A stretch of 19,221 nucleotides of DNA, from assembly GCA_016840035.1 (NCBI GenBank), contig JAEOTC010000109.1, positions 1 to 19,221 of the forward strand, written 5' to 3'. The DNA comes from Candidatus Hodarchaeota archaeon. GTDB taxonomy: Archaea > Asgardarchaeota > Heimdallarchaeia > Hodarchaeales > Hodarchaeaceae. The notes beneath the pieces are model-generated. The model saw only the letters and a program-made list of their open reading frames with translations. It did no database searches and had not been told where the DNA came from. Each line of letters opens with the position of its first letter. Positions within the stretch are counted from its first letter, which is position 1. A program made the translations under genes and the position numbers. This document shows, piece by piece, positions 8,464 to 15,998 of this stretch.

Positions 8464-9015
8464 GTGAGGACGGACTTACTCCAACCCTTGTATTCTAGTA
8501 AAAAGCGGATTATGATTACTTTAGCATCACTCTTTTTAATAGGAATCTTCTTTAGTATGGTAATAATCCAGGTTTGGTTTGATCACGAAGTAAAAAAGCA
8601 ACTTAATGCTACAGAAACAACAATCAATTCAATAGAGGTTTTAGATATCAGTTGGTCAACAAGAAGCGCAAATTTAACCGTAAATACTTCAGTTTCAAAT
8701 CCTCACGATATTTCCATTACCATTGCGGAGTCAAACTTTTCCATTGAGTATCGTGGAACCAAAATGGGGTATCTCAGTATCCCCAAAATCATTCTTAAAA
8801 CTGATTTAGACAATCTAGTGTTTAATACAACATTTATCCTTGGAGGAATTGTATTTTTAACTTATTTCTTTTTCGCTGAAGATCTTACTGATGGAGAAGT
8901 GGCCGTGAATCTTACCGGAAAGCTAAGATTGAGTGCTCCGGCATTATTTTTTACTGTGTATTCATCAACAGCTATCAATACAGAGATATTACTAACCACT
9001 GATCTTTTCGCATAA
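8464..9015 (+). CDS. Membrane-anchored LEA type 2 (WHy)-like domain protein
   Basis: N-terminal TM (ITLASLFLIGIFFSMVIIQVWF), then beta-rich SVSNPHDISITI...FSIEYRGTKMG matching the LEA_2 NP[N/H]...G pattern. Start codon uncertain. Confidence 0.6.
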   Translation: MRTDLLQPLYSSKKRIMITLASLFLIGIFFSMVIIQVWFDHEVKKQLNATETTINSIEVLDISWSTRSANLTVNTSVSNPHDISITIAESNFSIEYRGTKMGYLSIPKIILKTDLDNLVFNTTFILGGIVFLTYFFFAEDLTDGEVAVNLTGKLRLSAPALFFTVYSSTAINTEILLTTDLFA

Positions 9016-9026
9016 AAAGAAGTTTA

Positions 9027-9992
9027 TTAGTTTCCAAAAACTCCTTTACTCAGGTACTTCTGTCCTGAATCAGGAAAAACAGTCACTATTGTACCTTTTG
9101 CATCTTTTTCCTTCTCCAACCAAGTAAGAATACCATGTAATACTGCCCCTGAGCTCGGGCCAACAAGTAAAGACGATTCTGAGGCAAGCCTACGAGCCAT
9201 GTTGTTTGCACTTTTTTCTGAAACCTGAAAAATATCATCTAATTCATCACGACGTAGAATGCTTGGAACTTCCTTGACTACATTTGTATTTTTCAAACCT
9301 GGAATAACATCATGAAGTGTTGGTTCTACTCCAAATACCTTTAGATTTGGATTTTGCTCCTTGAGAAATCTACTAACTCCAATAATTGTCCCTCCAGTAC
9401 CGAGTCCTGCAAACAGATAATCAACATTACCATGTGATTGAGCCCAGATTTCAGGTCCTGTTGTACAGTAATGAGTCTTCCAATTAGTATCGTTATTAAA
9501 CTGATCGAGCATTACATACTCCTCAGGAAACTTTTGTGCCATTTGTCTAGCTTTTTGAATTGCTCCATCCATTCCTTCTTCTCCAGGTGTGGTTATAATT
9601 CGAGCACGGTAGGAACGTAAAATATCCAGTCTCTCATTACTCATAGAATCAGGAATAACTAAAGTAATATCAATTCCAAGAAGTCTGCCAACCCAAGCTA
9701 ACCCAATTCCAGTATTACCTGATGTTGGTTCAATAACGCACCTTCCATTTAATTTCCCTGAAGATTGAATTTCTTCCAGCATATAGAGAGCGATACGATC
9801 TTTTACTGATCCACCAAAATTAAACATTTCAAGCTTTGCAAAGACTCTTATATCAGGAAACTTAGTTAATTCTGGCAGATTAACCAGTTCTATAAGTGGA
9901 GTGTTTCCTACGTAATGAAAAGCGGGGGGATGTTTATGTTTCTCTGGAGTGTAGTGTGGAGGAGAATAACTCTCAACAAAAATAGTCACCAT
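9027..9992 (-). CDS. cysM: Cysteine synthase family PLP enzyme (CysM-like; O-acetylserine or O-phosphoserine sulfhydrylase)
   Basis: VGNTPL, KLEMFNFGGSVKDRIA, PTSGNTGIG, DQFNNDTNWKTHY, GLGTGGT, IPGLKN (not the CysK-type IQGIG), GPSSGA, PDSGQKYLS. The family is clear; the CysM subtype is less certain. Confidence 0.85.
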   Translation of the reverse strand: MVTIFVESYSPPHYTPEKHKHPPAFHYVGNTPLIELVNLPELTKFPDIRVFAKLEMFNFGGSVKDRIALYMLEEIQSSGKLNGRCVIEPTSGNTGIGLAWVGRLLGIDITLVIPDSMSNERLDILRSYRARIITTPGEEGMDGAIQKARQMAQKFPEEYVMLDQFNNDTNWKTHYCTTGPEIWAQSHGNVDYLFAGLGTGGTIIGVSRFLKEQNPNLKVFGVEPTLHDVIPGLKNTNVVKEVPSILRRDELDDIFQVSEKSANNMARRLASESSLLVGPSSGAVLHGILTWLEKEKDAKGTIVTVFPDSGQKYLSKGVFGN

Positions 9993-10206
9993 TCACCATT
10001 TATACCTCATTCCACTCATTCTATCTAAACTTCTTTAAATACTTGATTCGGAATCCGTAAAAATCGAAAGTTGAAATTACAATGTAGTTATCAGAAAGAT
10101 CTACTCATAGCAAATGTATGCAAATTCTGGCATATACTTTGACATTCATACTAAAGCTTTAATACAGTTAATATAATCTCAATTGAACAACAATTTTTGT
10201 TAGGAT

Positions 10207-11334
10207 GTGCTCAGGATTTCAGAGGTAACAAACGATTCAAGTGAAGTAGATATTAAACAGAGACGGTTAAAATTACGAATTTTGGGTTTTGGATTACTCC
10301 TCATTTTTATTTCATTGCTAATTTCACAATTTTTCGTTCAGTTACGTTATCCCCCTGAGTTGAAACTGCCCATAGAATTACAACCAGACTGGACCAGCGA
10401 TGAAAATCGTATTAAAACGATGCAATTTGTTGGAGATGTCGGGATAATTTTTGGCTGGATTATTTTTATAATTGGTGCATTATTAGTTATATATGGATTC
10501 ATCAATACCCTTTTAGATCCACATTTGCGTGTACCTCGAAGATTTGAGCAAAATTTAGTTGAAGCGATCAAATCGAATCTTTCTACTGATCGGAACTTCG
10601 TTATTTTATTCGTAGGGTCAGTTATTTTTGGAATAATCTGGATATTTAACCTTCTTACTATTCCTGACAGTGGCCCACTCTATTTTCTACGGGAACCGAA
10701 TTTGCAGGCATATTATCCCACAGTACCTGCTGAGGATCTACCTGCTCTCTCAACCTACGGGGGGTTCGCTGTGATTCAAGATACAGCTATTCTAATGCTT
10801 TTCCTGTATGTAATTTATGTTCGTTTACGACCAGGAAAACAGTTTGCAGAAGATTTCGTCTCATTTGCTTTGGATCGAACAGCTTTTCTCATACTTTTAA
10901 TTGGTGTGAGTATTTTCCATTCTATAGGTCATCTACCCTACGAACTCTACGGGAAAGGCCAATGGGGCACTGGATTCACCGATATTAATTCTTGGATTGC
11001 CTTTGATAAGATTGCTCATGGTCTCACGAGTGCTGCAATTACAATGTTGATTGTATATATCTTAACAGATCAGTTTGCTGAATATGGAGCAGAAAGTACT
11101 TCAGCAAAATTATTTGGAATTGTAGTAGCAATTGCTTTCATGATTAGCTTAGGATTAGCATGGGAGATATTTGAGTGGATAACAAACGCTCTTCTCGATT
11201 TAGGCCACTTTGTCGATGAGATTTTGGATGCTCCTAAAGATTTGGTTTGGGATGCTATCGGAGCTATCTTTGGTGCATGTTTAGCGATTATAGATATGTA
11301 TCTCGAGAGATCTAGAACCAGTACTGCCTCTTAG
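10207..11334 (+). CDS. Polytopic membrane protein with C-terminal DUF2238/VanZ-like motifs
   Basis: About 8 hydrophobic segments; HSIGH, FDKIAH, WEIFE, DAPKDLVWDAIGA. GTG start uncertain. Confidence 0.7.
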   Translation: MLRISEVTNDSSEVDIKQRRLKLRILGFGLLLIFISLLISQFFVQLRYPPELKLPIELQPDWTSDENRIKTMQFVGDVGIIFGWIIFIIGALLVIYGFINTLLDPHLRVPRRFEQNLVEAIKSNLSTDRNFVILFVGSVIFGIIWIFNLLTIPDSGPLYFLREPNLQAYYPTVPAEDLPALSTYGGFAVIQDTAILMLFLYVIYVRLRPGKQFAEDFVSFALDRTAFLILLIGVSIFHSIGHLPYELYGKGQWGTGFTDINSWIAFDKIAHGLTSAAITMLIVYILTDQFAEYGAESTSAKLFGIVVAIAFMISLGLAWEIFEWITNALLDLGHFVDEILDAPKDLVWDAIGAIFGACLAIIDMYLERSRTSTAS

Positions 11335-11344
11335 CTAGTTTAGA

Positions 11345-11370
11345 TTATTTTTCTTAGATTAATTTCTAAG
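11345..11370 (+). terminator. T-rich tract plus short palindrome after the 10207 gene (possible terminator or operator)
   Basis: TTATTTTT followed by CTTAGA-TTAATT-TCTAAG (11353-11370). Confidence 0.25.
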
Positions 11371-11494
11371 TGACTCTTCACCACAATCTACATATTGAAA
11401 AGGCGCTGATCAACACAGACGCTTGACATTTATTTTCTAATAGATGAAGTAATGCTCCTTTAAACAGCTTATTGAACCTATATGTTGATCCAAG

Positions 11495-12703
11495 ATGAAA
11501 TCGGTAAAACGTCCAACCCTAAATATTGTAACTTTAGTTTTTACCTATTTTCTTTGGGGATTTGCCAACTACATTTTCACAATCCAGATTCAACCTTTCA
11601 TTATAGACCTCTATGGTGAAAATGAACTAATTGCACAACTTTTGGGAACAATTCTAACAATAGGTTCTTTTTTTGCCGTAATTCCACTCTTATTTAGCTT
11701 CTATTCTGACATTCATGGAAGGAAAAAATTCATACTCCTAGGGGAAGTTTTTAGTTTTATAGGATTACTCGGATTATCTTTGGAAAATCCACATATAGTG
11801 ATTCTAATACTTTGTATTGTCCTGTTCAACATAGGCCTTGGGATTCAAGATCCCCCATTAAACGGATTAATATATGAATCCACTACAGAAAAACACCGTG
11901 GATTTGTGTTTGCTTTAATTTATAATTCTGGTTCCATTGCAGGAATACTCGCATCAATTTTACTTGAGAAAAACACCACAAATGATGGGTATCTTATGTT
12001 TTTCAGGATTGGGGCAATTTCTTTGGCAGTTATTCTTGTTTGCAACCTGTTTTTTTTATCTGATATTAGAAAGAACGTCAATAAAGTTGAATTTTCAATG
12101 CGTAAAGTGTTTTCTACCCCAATTTCCCGTCTCACGATAATAGCTTTCGTTGTTGATTCTTTTGCATGGGGTCTTCCACTTTCGATTGCGTACGGGATAT
12201 TTATTTTGCTTTTTGGGGTAGATGTGAGTTTTATTGCGACCTTAATTCTCTTTCAATCTATTTCTATAGTTGTTTTACAATATCCCGCAGGTTTTCTAGT
12301 CGATCGAATGGGAAAACTCTTTGGTCTGCTTGTTGGAGAAATCTGTGGGATCTTTTTTGTAATGAGTGTACAACTGGCAATAATGAATCCTATCAATGCT
12401 GAGTCTTTATTGTTATTAGGTGAGGTAATTATTGGTGTAAGTATAGCTTTTTGGAGACCGGCAACCACCATCAGTTTTATTGAAGTGGATCCTTCTACTC
12501 CCTCTACACACTTTGGAGTAATGTCATTCTTCTCAAGAATGGGCTGGGTTCCAACCGGAGTAATCGGAGGATTTCTGTTTTCTATTATCGGACTTACTCC
12601 CCTGCTTTTGGTAACTTTTGTAGGAACTTTAGTTGCGATGTTCCTATTCTATAAAATTAACAAACTCGAATCAGCAAATATTGCTGCAAGACCCTCAGTC
12701 TAA
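11495..12703 (+). CDS. MFS transporter
   Basis: 402 aa, about 12 TM; motif A variants SDIHGRKK and GFLVDRMGK; KHRGFVFAL loop motif. Confidence 0.9.
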   Translation: MKSVKRPTLNIVTLVFTYFLWGFANYIFTIQIQPFIIDLYGENELIAQLLGTILTIGSFFAVIPLLFSFYSDIHGRKKFILLGEVFSFIGLLGLSLENPHIVILILCIVLFNIGLGIQDPPLNGLIYESTTEKHRGFVFALIYNSGSIAGILASILLEKNTTNDGYLMFFRIGAISLAVILVCNLFFLSDIRKNVNKVEFSMRKVFSTPISRLTIIAFVVDSFAWGLPLSIAYGIFILLFGVDVSFIATLILFQSISIVVLQYPAGFLVDRMGKLFGLLVGEICGIFFVMSVQLAIMNPINAESLLLLGEVIIGVSIAFWRPATTISFIEVDPSTPSTHFGVMSFFSRMGWVPTGVIGGFLFSIIGLTPLLLVTFVGTLVAMFLFYKINKLESANIAARPSV

Positions 12704-12759
12704 GGTCACTTATTCGGATACACAATGTTTAATTATTTCTGCTTTAAACACCACTCAGC

Positions 12760-13215
12760 ATGGAAATTGATCAACCAAAGGTTATCACATTTGTTGTGGA
12801 TATTTACCGTAGTCTAAGAAAGGATAAGATCCTCCTCTTTGCAGTAATAATTGTTAGTCTTCTCACAATTGGAAATTTCTTTAACAAGGAAATTCTAGAT
12901 TTTGAACCTTTACAGTATTCTATCTTCTCATACGATAAAATATTACATCTGCTTTCCTCAATTATTCTTCTACGGATCGTATATTGGCTAACCATGCGTA
13001 TGAATTTTTCTTATGCTCAAGACCATCCTTTACTATTTGCCTCGATTGTTACAATGGTACTGTATGGCTTTATTTGGGAACCATTCGAACTCCTGACATT
13101 TCTAATTCAAGAATCCAAATCAGAACAGTTCTGGGCTGAAGTTTTCGATGTTCCATTGGATTGGTTGTATGATTTAGGAGGAATCCTATTGAGTAATTTT
13201 CTAGGATATGATTAA
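12760..13215 (+). CDS. Small DUF2238/VanZ-like membrane protein, paralog of the C-terminal part of the 10207 protein
   Basis: About 4 TM; YDKILH, WEPFE, DVPLDWLYDLGG. Confidence 0.7.
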   Translation: MEIDQPKVITFVVDIYRSLRKDKILLFAVIIVSLLTIGNFFNKEILDFEPLQYSIFSYDKILHLLSSIILLRIVYWLTMRMNFSYAQDHPLLFASIVTMVLYGFIWEPFELLTFLIQESKSEQFWAEVFDVPLDWLYDLGGILLSNFLGYD

Positions 13216-13244
13216 TCGAAATCCACTCAAGGAAGTATATTTTT

Positions 13245-14351
13245 TTGAAAAGAAATCAATTATTAGTAGGACTAAGTATTCTCTTAATCTTTATTGGGAA
13301 TCAACCTTTCTTAGGTTCATCTGGATCTGGATTGATTGAGAATGGGGATCTCGAACCCATTAAAATTATGAATTATAACATTCAAGACAGTGGAGAAGAT
13401 CCAGATTGGAAGGAAGTCGTAAGAGAAGAAAATCCTGATATTTTGGTTTTGGTGGAAACTGGAGATTGGGATGATCTTCCTAATGATGGTTTTACCACAT
13501 CAGATTTTAATCAACTAGTCGCAGAACTGAATAGCTTTTTTCCCAGTGAAGATCCATACGTTGCTTATACAGACCAGAATATCCCTTATGAGAATAGTGG
13601 AGAAGCGATTTTTAGTCGTTTTCCTATCCTTGATTTCAATCAAATTAATACGGTTCAATTAGACGATGGCTCAGCTTTCATTCCAAGCCATGATTTTCTT
13701 CACGCGGAAATTGACCTTAATAAAACCATAATACATGTAATCGGTGTACATTTGAAATGTTGTGATGGGGCAACAAATGAGGAAAAAAGAGAAAAAGCCC
13801 AAGAAGGTATTAATAATTATATGGATGATTTAGGTGATGTTCCGATAATTTATACTGGCGACCTAAATACGTTTTCTCCAGAGGATACAGGTGATCTTGC
13901 CCCTAGTGGTAACCTTGGATATGATGTAATTCCGATGCTTATTGATCCTTTAGATCCAAATGCATGTACAGAGCACGAATTTTTTGACGTATTCCGGACA
14001 TTGAATCCTTCCGATCCTGGATATTCCTATATCCACATAGATTCGAGAATCGATTATATTTTTGCTAATGAACATTTTACTGACCTATTTCTGAACTCAA
14101 CAGTGGGTGATACACCATCTGCGACCATATCTTCCGATCATCGTTCTGTTGATGCTTTTTTCCTGTTAGAACCAGAAATTACTACAACTACAACAACATC
14201 AATTACTTCAGATGTAGAGACTACCACTACAACACTTGAAACCACACAGCAAGAAAGTACCTCCGAGCCTCGATCATCCTCCATCTTTTCCCTTAGTATA
14301 CTTATCGGATTAGGAGCAATCTTTCTGGTTAGAAAGAGAGGAAGAGGATAA
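13245..14351 (+). CDS. Secreted, C-terminally membrane-anchored endonuclease/exonuclease/phosphatase (EEP) family protein
   Basis: Signal peptide MKRNQLLVGLSILLIF; EEP motifs NYNI, PDILVLVE, GVHLK, GDLN, RIDYIF, SDH; Thr/Ser-rich linker, TM segment and RKRGRG tail. Confidence 0.88.
   Translation: MKRNQLLVGLSILLIFIGNQPFLGSSGSGLIENGDLEPIKIMNYNIQDSGEDPDWKEVVREENPDILVLVETGDWDDLPNDGFTTSDFNQLVAELNSFFPSEDPYVAYTDQNIPYENSGEAIFSRFPILDFNQINTVQLDDGSAFIPSHDFLHAEIDLNKTIIHVIGVHLKCCDGATNEEKREKAQEGINNYMDDLGDVPIIYTGDLNTFSPEDTGDLAPSGNLGYDVIPMLIDPLDPNACTEHEFFDVFRTLNPSDPGYSYIHIDSRIDYIFANEHFTDLFLNSTVGDTPSATISSDHRSVDAFFLLEPEITTTTTTSITSDVETTTTTLETTQQESTSEPRSSSIFSLSILIGLGAIFLVRKRGRG
14178..14270 (+). repeat. Low-complexity Thr-codon (ACN) tract encoding a Thr/Ser-rich linker
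   Basis: actacaactacaacaacatca...actaccactacaaca encoding ITTTTTTSITSDVETTTTTLETT. Confidence 0.7.
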
Positions 14352-14457
14352 AATCTCTGTAGTGTATACATAGATTGCGGATTTCTGAATGAAGTAATTA
14401 TGAGTCCTTTGAGGAATACTCACCAATAGAGTAAAAAATATCTGGAAATGACTTTTA

Positions 14458-14907
14458 ATGGCTGAAATCCGTGAAGCACTACATATTGCCCCAATTATGC
14501 GTTTTGTGTTAGAATTAACAACCTGGGTTTGGTCATTACTTCTTGGTTTACCAACTTTTGGAGTAGGTATAATCGATTCACAAGTACAAATGGACTTCGA
14601 GCCTTGGATATATTTAGGGTTATTAATTATCAGTATTTTTCTATTAAGCCAATTTAATTTTCCTGGTGATAAAAAACCTCATGGAAAAATGGTTACTGGA
14701 TGGCAACGAATACTCGTAGAAATATTTTCAGCTGGACTTGGTATTTTTGCCGCATGGATTCTTTTTGGAATTTTAGGATTATTGTTTCAACTGGCACTAA
14801 CAATTTTTGCATTTATTTTAGACAGAGAAAGATGGAAATGGTTTTTGGGCTTCCGTAAAGAGCCACCGTCATTTGTTCTTGCGTTGGGTCATTATCAACT
14901 GAAATAA
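14458..14907 (+). CDS. YrdB/DUF2568-like small membrane protein
   Basis: RFVLEL near the N-terminus, FNFPGD, VTGWQRILVE; about 4 TM. Confidence 0.65.
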   Translation: MAEIREALHIAPIMRFVLELTTWVWSLLLGLPTFGVGIIDSQVQMDFEPWIYLGLLIISIFLLSQFNFPGDKKPHGKMVTGWQRILVEIFSAGLGIFAAWILFGILGLLFQLALTIFAFILDRERWKWFLGFRKEPPSFVLALGHYQLK

Positions 14908-15050
14908 AACATTCAAAATTTGTTTGCTGATGTGAACATTTTTATAAGAGGGTATGTATAAAGCATTCGTTGGCAGAATTTAGACCTAGTAAGGTTTATC
15001 GGCCCAAATATTCTCTAAAGACGACATCCCATCTTTATGAGTTGGTTTAT

Positions 15051-15998
15051 ATGGCAAACGATACTGAATTTATAATAGAGCTCAAAAAATTGACTAAGTA
15101 TTACGGTCGACATCGTGGAATTGAAAATTTAGATCTTCAAATCCGAAAAGGTGTTATTTTCGGTTTTCTTGGTCCTAACGGTGCAGGAAAAACCACAACT
15201 ATTCGTTGCCTCTTAGGGATTCTAAATCCTACAGATGGGGAGATACGAGTATTTGATAAAAAAATAGATCAATGGGCAGCTAACATCTCTTTAAAGGAAA
15301 ATATTGGGTATTTACCTGGTGAATTTAATTTATATCGTCATTTTAGTGTAAAACAAATTCTTGATTATTTTGAATCCTTACGAAGTCAGCCTGCAATATA
15401 TAGGAGTAAACTTGTCAGGGAATTGGAATTGGACGAGTCTAGATCAGTATCTCAGTTAAGTAAAGGAAATAAACAGAAGGTTGGACTAGTTCAGGCCTTA
15501 ATGCACGACCCTGATTTAGTAATTCTTGATGAACCGACTTCAGGACTTGATCCGCTTATTCAACAACGAGTTTATTCAATATTGAAGGAGTTTAGAAAAA
15601 GAGGAAAATCCATTTTTTTCAGTAGTCATAATCTAGCAGAAGTTCAGAAGATTGCCGATGAAGTAGCTATTATTAAAGAAGGTTTATTGATCAGTCATGA
15701 TCGAATCATTGATCTGAGTTCCAGAGTCAAACAAAAAATACTTGTATCAACTCAAAGGCCTCTATCTTCCACCATACTTTCATCAGATTTTATCACCCAT
15801 TATGTTGAGATTTATAGTGCAAATGGAGATCATCGTTATCAAATTTGGTTACACCAACCGAATCAACATCTGAGCAAAGTTTTTGCATTATTAGAGGAGT
15901 ATGGTATTCTTGATGTCGCTCTTCCAGAATCTAGTTTGGAGGAATACTTCATTCATTATTATTCAGATGAGGAGGACATGCTGAATGTGGTTGAATAG
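15051..15998 (+). CDS. ABC transporter ATP-binding protein (ABC-2/DrrA-like exporter)
   Basis: Walker A GPNGAGKTT, signature LSKGNKQK, Walker B/D-loop LILDEPTSGLD, H-loop SSH. ATG 15051 preferred over TTG 14970. Confidence 0.93.
   Translation: MANDTEFIIELKKLTKYYGRHRGIENLDLQIRKGVIFGFLGPNGAGKTTTIRCLLGILNPTDGEIRVFDKKIDQWAANISLKENIGYLPGEFNLYRHFSVKQILDYFESLRSQPAIYRSKLVRELELDESRSVSQLSKGNKQKVGLVQALMHDPDLVILDEPTSGLDPLIQQRVYSILKEFRKRGKSIFFSSHNLAEVQKIADEVAIIKEGLLISHDRIIDLSSRVKQKILVSTQRPLSSTILSSDFITHYVEIYSANGDHRYQIWLHQPNQHLSKVFALLEEYGILDVALPESSLEEYFIHYYSDEEDMLNVVE

Noticed and set aside
11445-14398. Shared 10-mer ATGAAGTAAT upstream of the MFS gene (11445) and the YrdB-like gene (14389)
   Set aside because: Only two copies, AT-rich, at different distances from the starts; expected by chance.
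14401-14422. Small hairpin TGAGT-CCT-TTG-AGG-AAT-ACTCA after the EEP gene
   Set aside because: Short and bulged with no U-tract; matches no RNA family I can recognise.
14970-15050. 27-codon N-terminal extension of the ABC ATPase from TTG 14970
   Set aside because: The domain begins right after ATG 15051, so the extension is probably untranslated.
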